Sequence record: NC_005260.1
Direction: 5' to 3' (one strand)
DNA length: 64,000 nucleotides
Shown in pieces: positions 29,101 through 36,992 of the stretch. A model generated the notes under the pieces. The model saw only the letters and a program-made list of their open reading frames with translations, did no database searches and was not told the origin of the DNA. A program made the position numbers and the translations under genes. Numbering within the stretch: position 1 is the stretch's first letter; each line of letters begins with the position of its first letter.

Positions 29101-29346
29101 AGTATTAGCGCGATATACCTGTCCGATATGATAAGCCAACGCTCCTGCTTTCCATGACTTAGATTGTGCCCATGTTGGAGCATTAGCAACAATTACTTCC
29201 TCAGGAATAACAGAACTTGAAATTTTACCATCGGTTCCCTTGGTAACAATATCAGTTGTTGGCGCATCAGCCCATGCTCCATTTAGCCACACTTTTGGTG
29301 TAGTTGTTTTCGGAGGCTGTAAGACTAATGGAATTCTTTCTGCCAT
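26137..29346 (-). CDS. large virion fibre/adhesin-like protein (CBM5/12-like, C1q/BclA-like and fibre-shaft repeats)
   Basis: 1069 aa; repeats of Y.AN..IPANT....G..GATW; two LKANQTY domains; two PIFQG.T...G..G...A...L.G.GEWK shaft motifs. Confidence 0.65.
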   Translation of the reverse strand: MAERIPLVLQPPKTTTPKVWLNGAWADAPTTDIVTKGTDGKISSSVIPEEVIVANAPTWAQSKSWKAGALAYHIGQVYRANTDIPANTPFVISTGGATWQLVTSAAEISNVPSWTAYNPGIDRAIREGEMYYYSGSLYRSRANNVGNEITSTNHFEKLTGFTLPPSYVYTKSYTAGELIRWQGYYVTPNTNIGGNVPFEWGASGQAVTWRPVLFNGYLQYAWRGVMTANGQGFFYGDVIAPTPRSNILYVCVAASAPPIGTETTPLPAYWAPLINDTPIILDNYLSKADDLTYNVWKFASAYKKNTVVVYTDGNTYIANADIPANTLWAVGTTGATWKALGGGAVTDFVANQAYNALQLVRNNGELYISNAAIPANTVFVEGTTGATWKKVGSGGGSVLSDVPYIQGRLTQAANVSNGTVVALSATQSRDMSITSNGINLKANQTYLISTNVYLVSTLGSATFQWSNNNAVNTTGLIGPAPFSGITVTHTANEAGSLSTTFIYSPTVNETIYLKRTGGAVALHEPFSSYSVMQISGSNGSLPIFQGATNTTPGKPGVVAAPVAGAEKKILFGDGEWKDPAELLSSEIPFVSGTISAVAQTVQTTGSLMPIVSVKNYGITCTNNRVQLKANQTYMITTSIHVSGAEYAAFRWRNITDGLYIDPGELLISDASGTSQATGGQGGNFIYTPTKNLEIALVRSRDKTYPSTSDGYSQWTVVQISGTAGAFPIFQGSTATVQGKAGALAAAPLNTQDYVLYGSGEWKPLTAASSTGVVTKGQNPAPNATMGGPNVFLDRQSRINVDGILSTVRIPNYGSSGAVVVMRPQIGESSFSTGGKFDLVSTTTFASGTTSVSPGSQVKIGDYVGVWVAGSVTGTYVANGPTNNLVWLQIGVLPALPLTLTVGGGNTLGLGGIGFDVTTLNSGAVAAYVSPKMAMGTFSNTGASTGYSAIFSSLIDSIGVSGVGTSTLTLPAGKYIFEWQWAMSNGSIADGYYYSTLGSVSNATLTGGIQTISFWPTSSSWKDGDASVGCALVSNTAAGDIKLKIDVTVGNGANAAPSSNRMWWKITKMS

Positions 29347-29372
29347 TTTTATTGTCCTCTTGTTATATTGAG

Positions 29373-29411
29373 TATTTAGTGTAAAAACAAAAAAGCCACC
29401 CGAAGGTGGCT
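29373..29411 (-). promoter_or_regulatory. terminator plus late promoter cassette
   Basis: AGCCACC-TTCG-GGTGGCT-TTTT then CTAAATA (29373-29379) and leader CAATATAACAAGAGGA. Confidence 0.8.
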
Positions 29412-29417
29412 AATTAA

Positions 29418-31739
29418 TTAAGGTGTAACGATTATTTCTTCCAGATAAGGAACACCTGCATCCATAATAAGCTTATATTTCTTGGCTGTAGCAGCATCGG
29501 TAATTACGTCAGACGCAACTTCCTCTTCTACCAACTTGTTACCAACAACAACACGACGTTTTCCGTCATTTGTCGCTGGCTTAGCAAGTGCACCAACCAT
29601 ATCTGCTGTATAATCACCGGCTTGTGGAACAACGTTACCAGTTCTTGTATTGAATCCAGTTACAGATGTTGCAACAGAACCGCCGTAAGTCCAGTTCGCT
29701 TTGATGTTAGGCAATGCGAATGCGTCCAAATACCACTGATCTTGGGTGTCAATCTGAATCGCAATAGTGAATCTATTTGCAACAGGCAAAGACAATCTAG
29801 CAGTTTCATTTGCAACGCTTACACGACGCAGTGTATCGATAGGAGGCAATTGCTCTACAGATACCTTACCGTCTTCACCCAATTTCGCAGCACCGTTAGG
29901 CACACCGAGTTTTACAGCACCATCGTTCTCGGCACTAGCTGGACGAACGTAAAGTTCACCAGTCGCGCTTACCAGCGTGTTACGGCCAGGCATAACGATT
30001 CCAAGCTCGGTCGGTTTAGCAACGTTCGCTAGATTTCGTTCAAGATAGAATGTGTTTGGATCAACTAGATTCAGGAACGATTCATTCTCTCCGATGTTTC
30101 GCATAATAACGAGTTTGTCGCCCGCTTTAAATGCTAACCCACCATAGTTAATCTCACGATCCGATCTCCAGTAGTCGTTCTTTGTCGCGGGAACGAATTG
30201 AGTCAAGTCTCTAGTGAAATTGATATCACCGCGCATTGTACCAACTTTAAATGTATCAGCATCTTTCAATGCGTTAATACTCAGTCGATTTGCACCTTGT
30301 AGAGTCTCAAGCATTCTAGCAACATCTGCACCATCTTCTTTGTTGATAATATCAACGGCACGGAAACGCATCAAATCCACAACTCGCCATGGTTCAGTTG
30401 GAACGGTTGTACCACCATAACACTTAATTGGAGTACCATCCGGTTTTACAACACGAACGTTAAGAATATTACCGGGCTGAACAAACAAGTTTCCCTGATA
30501 GTTAATCAGTTCTTCCTGTCTATCTACTAATTCCGCATTCTTCACAGTCTGAGAATAAATTAGAGTCAGTCCACCTTGTGACCATATTTGGAATTTAATA
30601 TCACCGACGTAATTCTCCGCAGGCATAAGAGCCATTCTAAGAATAGCCATTCTCGCTGGATATGGACGAGTGAAATTATAATCCACGATTTGTCCATAAT
30701 CGATATCACCGTTAAACGGAACTCTGTTCTCTCTTGCCTCAAATACAACCTCAGCAGCACCATAAATGCTTAGTCCGTCGTTTGATATACCTTGCCAAAC
30801 TGGATAGAAGTTATCACCCGTGAACACATTTCGAAACGCCATATTCTCGTTGTTAGAAATGATTTTATGTCCACCGATATCAATAACGTTTCTGTCTTCG
30901 GCATTTACACCGAATGGAATAGCTTTGAATCTCTGTGCTGGTGTCCATGAATGTTGATTGTCATTACTGAAACGAACATATTCATGAATACCATCTTGGA
31001 AGAATGATGTCCACGGACCCAATTCGGATGCAGAATATTGAGCAATAAAACTCAATCCATCTTGAGCAACGAATCTAAATGGAGCGTCAAAGGTTAATCC
31101 ACTATTAATAGAGATTCTTCCCCATTGTCTGAGATCTTTATCAAACGTGGTAGACCAAGGACCAGTCTCAGTTTCTCCATATTGATACACGATAGTATCC
31201 GCACTGATTTTAAATCCAGCAGTATAATCGATTCCTTCATTTACACTCATTCGTGCGTATTTGTGAGTTGCTTGATCGAAAGTGTTCACCCAATCAGAAA
31301 TACCATTAATTGAATACTGATACTTGACTTTATCAGCAACTAACTTGAATCCCTTTGACCAACTAACTTGATCGTCTCGACTGAATCGAATATATTTGCT
31401 ATTATCATCGGGCACTCCAAACCAGCCAGCGTCTCCCGGAGGATTATCTGCGCTATATTGAATAGAAACATCGAATCCGTCTTTACCCGCGGCACCTACA
31501 GCACCAGTGATAACAGCCGTTATTTCTTTCCAAGACGTATCTGCTTTTTTGTATTGGAATAATTGATATGTTCCCGGAGCAGTTGTGATCAATACAATAA
31601 GATCATCGAGCAAGCGTCCTGGATTATTTGTGAAAAACGTATCTCTAGCGGCAGTGCTTGCGAATCTCAAGTCGTTAGGAACAACAAGAGAGCCACCGCC
31701 CGCTCCACCAGATCCACCGCCTAAAACTATAAATGGCAT
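29418..31739 (-). CDS. tail-fibre-like protein with four tandem ~45-aa QYS repeats
   Basis: 773 aa; QY[SG]...W...F....Y.R.S.......F repeats; NGAAKLGEDGKV..QLP and SVTGFNTRTGNV...DYTADMVGA fibre motifs. Confidence 0.65.
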   Translation of the reverse strand: MPFIVLGGGSGGAGGGSLVVPNDLRFASTAARDTFFTNNPGRLLDDLIVLITTAPGTYQLFQYKKADTSWKEITAVITGAVGAAGKDGFDVSIQYSADNPPGDAGWFGVPDDNSKYIRFSRDDQVSWSKGFKLVADKVKYQYSINGISDWVNTFDQATHKYARMSVNEGIDYTAGFKISADTIVYQYGETETGPWSTTFDKDLRQWGRISINSGLTFDAPFRFVAQDGLSFIAQYSASELGPWTSFFQDGIHEYVRFSNDNQHSWTPAQRFKAIPFGVNAEDRNVIDIGGHKIISNNENMAFRNVFTGDNFYPVWQGISNDGLSIYGAAEVVFEARENRVPFNGDIDYGQIVDYNFTRPYPARMAILRMALMPAENYVGDIKFQIWSQGGLTLIYSQTVKNAELVDRQEELINYQGNLFVQPGNILNVRVVKPDGTPIKCYGGTTVPTEPWRVVDLMRFRAVDIINKEDGADVARMLETLQGANRLSINALKDADTFKVGTMRGDINFTRDLTQFVPATKNDYWRSDREINYGGLAFKAGDKLVIMRNIGENESFLNLVDPNTFYLERNLANVAKPTELGIVMPGRNTLVSATGELYVRPASAENDGAVKLGVPNGAAKLGEDGKVSVEQLPPIDTLRRVSVANETARLSLPVANRFTIAIQIDTQDQWYLDAFALPNIKANWTYGGSVATSVTGFNTRTGNVVPQAGDYTADMVGALAKPATNDGKRRVVVGNKLVEEEVASDVITDAATAKKYKLIMDAGVPYLEEIIVTP

Positions 31740-31749
31740 TTCATTCTCC

Positions 31750-32037
31750 TTATAATTTCGATACGCTTAGTTCGATTGTAGCAACATCGCTTTCTGATCT
31801 ACACCAAACTTCAAGACTTCCAGATGAAGCAATTACTTGTGATCCGAAATACATTCTACCGTTAAGCATATCTCCGTCTCTGCTAGACTCTAACGGTCTG
31901 GTGCCTTCTGCCAAAATACCAGCAACTCTAGGATTTAAGTTTTGAATTTTGAACTGAGTGCCGACTGGAATATTTGCAGTCGCATTCAGAGAAACCCAAG
32001 ACTTACCAACAGTTGCGTTTGGAATTGTCTGTGACAT
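31750..32037 (-). CDS. small beta-rich late protein
   Basis: 95 aa; GGAGA SD; directly behind CTAAATA at 32066-32072. Confidence 0.7.
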   Translation of the reverse strand: MSQTIPNATVGKSWVSLNATANIPVGTQFKIQNLNPRVAGILAEGTRPLESSRDGDMLNGRMYFGSQVIASSGSLEVWCRSESDVATIELSVSKL

Positions 32038-32065
32038 TCAAATTTCTCCTGTGATTGTTTTCTAT

Positions 32066-32102
32066 TATTTAGATAAACAAAAAGGGAGCCGAAGCTCCCT
32101 TT
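32066..32102 (-). promoter_or_regulatory. terminator plus late promoter cassette
   Basis: AAAGGGAGC-TTCG-GCTCCCTTT then CTAAATA. Confidence 0.8.
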
Positions 32103-32105
32103 TAT

Positions 32106-32498
32106 TTAGATCGAACAGACTGGTGTCAGCGAAACTTCCTCAGATTGACTGGCCGCTTCTGGCTCGCTTTCCGTTACTTTCTGATACGCTTCCATTACTA
32201 GCTCGTCATAACGCTGTTTGGAGCTCATCCAGAGCGATTCCAGAACATCCTTAGCGATAGGTTTTTGTAGAGTCAGAACACGGAGCTTTTCGATTGCGTA
32301 GATATATCCGTCTTTGTTGCAAACATGAAGACATTCTTCCGCGTGAAGTCTCAGACGCTCAATCTCTTTCCGATTCTTGGCAAGATATTTCTTACTCTTC
32401 TTTTCTACCATTGATTTAATCGCGGCTTGTTCACGCTCTTTCGCTTCTTCGATTTCGCGTTGATCTTCGGCAATTACATCTTCAATACGTTCGTTCAT
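32106..32498 (-). CDS. a-gt.4: conserved T4-like a-gt.4 protein
   Basis: KKYLAKNRKEIERLRLHAE...YIYAIEKLR; synteny with 55. Confidence 0.8.
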   Translation of the reverse strand: MNERIEDVIAEDQREIEEAKEREQAAIKSMVEKKSKKYLAKNRKEIERLRLHAEECLHVCNKDGYIYAIEKLRVLTLQKPIAKDVLESLWMSSKQRYDELVMEAYQKVTESEPEAASQSEEVSLTPVCSI

Positions 32499-32740
32499 TT
32501 ATTTTTCCATGTGTAAGTGAGAGTCAAACCATTATCTATAACAGACAATTCGCCATGCTTTAATACCATACGGTTAGAACGAATAGAAAGAGGATCAATA
32601 ATCACCGGGATTCCAGATTCGAGCAATTTTAAATTTAGCATATAGGGAACTAAGTCAAGTTCATGATTGGACTCAATTAATAAGTCGATAGAATTTATGG
32701 ATAATGAGATATTATTCGCTGTCATCTTCATCATCCTCAA
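32495..32740 (-). CDS. hypothetical protein (a-gt.5 position)
   Basis: 81 aa between 55 and a-gt.4. Confidence 0.6.
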   Translation of the reverse strand: MRMMKMTANNISLSINSIDLLIESNHELDLVPYMLNLKLLESGIPVIIDPLSIRSNRMVLKHGELSVIDNGLTLTYTWKNK

Positions 32741-33233
32741 GGAATGACAATCCGCCGAGCTGTTTGGGTTTCTTGGGCTTAATTTTTCTTTTCGCCTCGA
32801 AATCGTTAGCTTTAGTCATCATGTCATTATAGAAAGCAACATCCACTAGCTTGGCCATGTCTTCATCTTCACCATCGTGAACATGTTCCAAGAAATATTT
32901 GTATTTTGCTGCTTCTTCCTGTTTCATGAATTTAATTCTATTGAAAAAGGCTCTGGCACAAATCATACTAATATATGCGTGTGGATTACTATAACGCTGG
33001 GTATCAAAGTTCTTGCAATATCGCAAGCATACATCGATTGCCGCACCTACCATTGCTTCTTTCCATGTGTCGGTATAGCGATTAAATCGCCAATGGTGCG
33101 TGAATCCTTCCGCGATCTTCATAATCGCTCCCCCGATAAATTCGGGCATCCTCTCAGTTGGGTTTTCTTTCAACTTCTCTTTCCAAGCGACGAATGCCTG
33201 GTAAAGTTCCTCGTTGTCAACATAATTTGCCAT
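32712..33233 (-). CDS. 55: late sigma factor gp55
   Basis: NYVDNEELYQ...IGGAIMKIAEG...F..Y...WKEAMV...NPHAYI. Confidence 0.95.
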   Translation of the reverse strand: MANYVDNEELYQAFVAWKEKLKENPTERMPEFIGGAIMKIAEGFTHHWRFNRYTDTWKEAMVGAAIDVCLRYCKNFDTQRYSNPHAYISMICARAFFNRIKFMKQEEAAKYKYFLEHVHDGEDEDMAKLVDVAFYNDMMTKANDFEAKRKIKPKKPKQLGGLSFLEDDEDDSE

Positions 33234-33237
33234 AAAG

Positions 33238-33296
33238 GTATACTTCCCTCGTTTGTTTACAAGAGAAGTATACTATGAAAATTTGATGTTATAAAC
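33238..33296 (-). promoter_or_regulatory. gene 55 promoter embedded in an RBS-sequestering hairpin
   Basis: GTTTATA-N17-TATACT; 14-bp stem GTATACTTCTCTTG/CGAGGGAAGTATAC (2 G-U) covers GAGG. Confidence 0.7.
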
Positions 33297-34735
33297 TAAG
33301 GTCGCACACTATCGACCCAGTCTCGCACCATTTTAACATGCTCTGGTTGTATAATGTCAAGCTTATAATCCAACTTTCTGCACCAACGATAGAACTTTCC
33401 TTGTTCTTCTTTTGTCAACTCAAACATGGTGCCAAATGTGACTTTCTTCTTTCTAGGCGTAGTTTCTTTCTTACGCTCTTTTCGTTCTGGACCACTCACC
33501 ATATGTTCGGTATCAATCTTTGACTCAGGCAAATATCTAGATTTCAGATATTCAGCGGCTCGCAGATCTGGAACGATTAGCGTCACTTTCCATTTCGAAT
33601 GCTGATTTCGAATGTCAGTTCTCAAACAAAGCTGAAACACCGGCTCAAGGTATTTTGATACCAGATAAGCGTCGATCAGTTTGTTTGTGTCCATATTATG
33701 ACAACTCGACAAGCATTTAAGCAACTCAATTTGCCATGGCATAGGGTTATAGCTGAATAACGCTACCGCAGTCGTATGGCTCATGTAACTGTTAAGTCCA
33801 TGTGGATTATACGCTACCCTATGTCCTACTTTCAGTGCCGCTCTATAGCTGTTCGTTGTGTAGATGAAAGGGCTTATCCCAACTAAGTCGTAAACAACGT
33901 CCTTGACTTTGTTATAAACGCTTTCACCATTGACGTCCTTATCTGCCGCGTATCGAGACCATATACCGTCATAAACGGGAATAATTTCCACTCGATTTGA
34001 ATTCGGATACTGAATGAAATCCAGCTTCTTCATCAGCGGACTCGTTTTAAACTTCCAGCCGCAAAAGTCTTTCAGCACAACGCCAGTAAACGTTTCTCTA
34101 AAGTTGGCACAAGCGATTGTGATCTTATCGAACTTGTTCCACTTCTGTGTTGTGCTGTCATCTATGAAATACACCACATTGTCTTTGACTATAACAGGAA
34201 TGCCTTGCAATAGAGATCTCGCTAATGAGAAAACAGCACTAGATACAACGTCATGTCCATATAAACCGTCTGTTGCTATCTTGTTCAGCTTGTCTCTGAA
34301 ATCTTCATTCAGTGTCATTCTACCGTCTTCGATATTACAGTATTTTCCAATAAAGTCAAGGTTATCTGTGAACTTTAATTGATTCAACTGCACGAAATCA
34401 GGTACTTCGTCAATATACAATTCGTGTCCATTCAGATCTTCATAATCCGGATAAGACAATAAAGCGGCATGAGTAATAAACAACACACGATAATTGCCAG
34501 CACTTTCTTTGATTACTTCTGCCACGCTCTTGCTTCTGCTAACGTGATCCGAGTCGATGATAATACTATCACTTTCTCCTCCCAAGTTATTATAGAAGTC
34601 ATAGCTTTGTTGTGATAGCTGGCAACTAATTGATGCGATCACACACGGCTTTTTATTCTTTTTAACGTGAGTCAGAATTGCTTTTGTTTTACCAGCAGCC
34701 GGAACTGCCTGTAGAATCTCAACGTTTAATGCCAT
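33296..34735 (-). CDS. SF2-helicase-like P-loop protein
   Basis: AVPAAGKT Walker A, LYIDEVP Walker B, Q..LR..IR motif VI-like. Confidence 0.6.
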   Translation of the reverse strand: MALNVEILQAVPAAGKTKAILTHVKKNKKPCVIASISCQLSQQSYDFYNNLGGESDSIIIDSDHVSRSKSVAEVIKESAGNYRVLFITHAALLSYPDYEDLNGHELYIDEVPDFVQLNQLKFTDNLDFIGKYCNIEDGRMTLNEDFRDKLNKIATDGLYGHDVVSSAVFSLARSLLQGIPVIVKDNVVYFIDDSTTQKWNKFDKITIACANFRETFTGVVLKDFCGWKFKTSPLMKKLDFIQYPNSNRVEIIPVYDGIWSRYAADKDVNGESVYNKVKDVVYDLVGISPFIYTTNSYRAALKVGHRVAYNPHGLNSYMSHTTAVALFSYNPMPWQIELLKCLSSCHNMDTNKLIDAYLVSKYLEPVFQLCLRTDIRNQHSKWKVTLIVPDLRAAEYLKSRYLPESKIDTEHMVSGPERKERKKETTPRKKKVTFGTMFELTKEEQGKFYRWCRKLDYKLDIIQPEHVKMVRDWVDSVRP

Positions 34736-34967
34736 TATCTACACCAAAAGCAATAGTATCGTACTCACGGAGAATAAAAGCAACCAGATGTTCGCGGAGA
34801 GCTTTCTTCATCCATGGAGTATCTTCTACGACTTTGGTGATTGCTTCGTGCATCCACACTACCTGTTCATCTAGCCAAGCTGGGTCACAAGCGAAACCGG
34901 TTTTCTTGCGAGCTTCAACAGCCTCAACGATTCTTGTATTGCACACATTTCCAAAAACGACGTTCAT
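34719..34967 (-). CDS. hypothetical protein
   Basis: 82 aa; GAGGTG SD; own promoter. Confidence 0.7.
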   Translation of the reverse strand: MNVVFGNVCNTRIVEAVEARKKTGFACDPAWLDEQVVWMHEAITKVVEDTPWMKKALREHLVAFILREYDTIAFGVDNGIKR

Positions 34968-34997
34968 TTATTCACCTCTCGTTACTGTATAAGCACT

Positions 34998-35026
34998 ATT
35001 CTTGCATAGAATAGGACTTTAGTCAA
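34998..35026 (-). promoter_or_regulatory. promoter with IR around -10
   Basis: TTGACT-N17-AAGAAT; CTATTCT/AGAATAG at 34996-35014. Confidence 0.55.
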
Positions 35027-35042
35027 CAAAAAAGGTTCTGAC

Positions 35043-35543
35043 TTACGCCAGAACCTTGTTCCAATACTTATAGTTCATCTTTCGTGCTGTCTTGTAGCAT
35101 TCAGCGGGATGTAACGGCTGCTTGTGCAAACGTTTCGCGCTCTTGACTACTTTAGCCCAGCCGTCCGGACGAATGTAGATCAGCCCTGCCCATTTAGGAA
35201 CGTCATCTGGCGAAATGAGTCCTTCGGGTACTGCATACCAGAAATAGTTTGACATATCTCCGGCTTCTAACGCTTCTCGTTTCGTCTTGCGAGTCATCTT
35301 ATGCGTTCTATACAGTGTGGGTTTCTCTAATTTTTCGAATATACGAACAGACTTCTTGGCATCGGCTTTGAAATCTGCTTTACTTACCTTGATTTCTATT
35401 TCATCACACAAGCCGCTTGGACGCAAGCAAAATAAATCTGCCTCGTTGTCGTAAAGTGTGTAGCAATTAGGGACAATCAGATCATATCGTTTCTGAAATT
35501 CGGGTGTTCGTCCTATCGCTTTTTGTACATCAGATTCGGTCAT
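35043..35543 (-). CDS. PD-(D/E)XK nuclease-fold protein (MmcB-like)
   Basis: EADLFCL...DEIEIKVSKADFKAD; NYFWYAVP; PKWAGLI. Confidence 0.65.
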   Translation of the reverse strand: MTESDVQKAIGRTPEFQKRYDLIVPNCYTLYDNEADLFCLRPSGLCDEIEIKVSKADFKADAKKSVRIFEKLEKPTLYRTHKMTRKTKREALEAGDMSNYFWYAVPEGLISPDDVPKWAGLIYIRPDGWAKVVKSAKRLHKQPLHPAECYKTARKMNYKYWNKVLA

Positions 35544-35824
35544 ACCAACTCCCCATATTTTTCTTTAAATGTTTGAAAACTTCCTATCCACTTATCATCA
35601 ACGAATATCTGTGGATATTGGCGGGGAGAAGTATCTTTACCAGCTCTAATTCGACATTCTTCTATTGCGGGTCTGTTATATGCAAACCCAAGTTGATTTG
35701 AATCCCTGATTATAACCGGAATAAACGTGTAATCGAGTGAGTATGATCGACAGAAATCAACGGCAGCAATACATCCAGGACACTTAAAAAGTTCCTCCGG
35801 TACGCCGTAGATTTCTATTTTCAT
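35540..35824 (-). CDS. glutaredoxin (NrdH/NrdC-like)
   Basis: CPGC active site, YPQIFVDDKWIG. Confidence 0.88.
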   Translation of the reverse strand: MKIEIYGVPEELFKCPGCIAAVDFCRSYSLDYTFIPVIIRDSNQLGFAYNRPAIEECRIRAGKDTSPRQYPQIFVDDKWIGSFQTFKEKYGELV

Positions 35825-36093
35825 GCGTTGGCATCAACCCACATTTTGAGTTCTTCGAATCCACCGATATATTCACCATCGGCAAATACTTGCGGCATAG
35901 AAGTCACCACAACACCGTGTTCCTTAGCGCGACGGGTTAGATCTGCTTTATTAACTTTGTGTTCTTCTGTCTTGCTGATTTTAGCAATAGGCAGAAACAC
36001 GTAATTTACGCCGCGAACATCAAGCAGACGTTTGGCATTCAGACAGGGTTTGCATTCTAATTCGAGAGGATCGAATCCATAAACTTCGAGCAT
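35821..36093 (-). CDS. glutaredoxin (NrdH/NrdC-like)
   Basis: CKPC active site, MPQVFADGEYIGGFEEL. Confidence 0.88.
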   Translation of the reverse strand: MLEVYGFDPLELECKPCLNAKRLLDVRGVNYVFLPIAKISKTEEHKVNKADLTRRAKEHGVVVTSMPQVFADGEYIGGFEELKMWVDANA

Positions 36094-36102
36094 TTAAATT
36101 CC

Positions 36103-36480
36103 TTACATGTGTTTGGTGAATGTGCGAGTCACAATATCTCGCTGTTGTTCTGGAGTCAGCGCATTAAAACGTACCGCATAGCCAGAGATTCTAACTACCA
36201 GATTTGGGTAACGATTGGGGTCTTCAATAGCAAGCATCAAATGCTCCCGAGAAAGAACATTCACATTTAGATGTTGGCCGGCATGTTGTACCGATTCAAT
36301 TTCAACGTCCCGTGTTTCTTGTTCCTCGATCTGAGTTTTGATTGCCTGATATTTCACGCTATTTTGTTTGAGGATTTCATCCTCTTGATATCCCGGAGCA
36401 ACTAAAATTCTAATTGCTTCTGGAGTATAAAGCATAATTGCACCTTTTAGATGCCCGCTCATTATCTGAATTGCTTTCAT
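36103..36480 (-). CDS. grcA: autonomous glycyl radical cofactor GrcA (T4 vs.6-like)
   Basis: GQHLNVNV...[31 protein letters not shown]. Confidence 0.93.
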   Translation of the reverse strand: MKAIQIMSGHLKGAIMLYTPEAIRILVAPGYQEDEILKQNSVKYQAIKTQIEEQETRDVEIESVQHAGQHLNVNVLSREHLMLAIEDPNRYPNLVVRISGYAVRFNALTPEQQRDIVTRTFTKHM

Positions 36481-36956
36481 ACTTCTCCTAGATAGATTAT
36501 ACGTTGATTCTCCGAGCCTCGGAATTTCAGATCAACGTTTTTAAGTTCTTCAACGAATTTACCGTCAACAAGAACATCAATCAGTGATGCAACTATAACA
36601 TTCTTTTTAGGTTCAAGTAAACATTCTTCGCGAGTGTAACCTGTCCATAGCCAAACTGTTTTAGTTGGGAACTCAGCACGAAACCACTTTAGAAACTCAA
36701 TTAGGCAGTCTAGGTTGCGGTCATACAACGGATCACCACCCAACAGCGATATACCTTCACGTTTGATGCGGGAATCGTTCATATCGCGTTCCACGAGCTT
36801 CCGCAGTTGAATTTCTTCTTCTGTCTTTCCGTCCCACTTCCATGTGCTCTTGCTAAAACATCCTTTGCATTGGTGACTGCATCCAGCAAGCCAAATACTT
36901 GCGCGAGTTCCAGTTCCGTTTAATACGTCTAACGACTTGTAATCCAAGATCTTCAT
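36477..36956 (-). CDS. nrdG: anaerobic RNR activase
   Basis: GCSHQCKGC radical-SAM motif; [10 protein letters not shown]; KFRGSENQR. Confidence 0.96.
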   Translation of the reverse strand: MKILDYKSLDVLNGTGTRASIWLAGCSHQCKGCFSKSTWKWDGKTEEEIQLRKLVERDMNDSRIKREGISLLGGDPLYDRNLDCLIEFLKWFRAEFPTKTVWLWTGYTREECLLEPKKNVIVASLIDVLVDGKFVEELKNVDLKFRGSENQRIIYLGEV

Positions 36957-36971
36957 ATTATTTCCTATGAG

Positions 36972-36991
36972 AAAGGGCCCGAAGGCCCTTT
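36972..36991 (-). terminator. UUCG hairpin between nrdD and nrdG
   Basis: AAAGGGCC-TTCG-GGCCCTTT-CT. Confidence 0.7.
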
Positions 36992-36992
36992 A

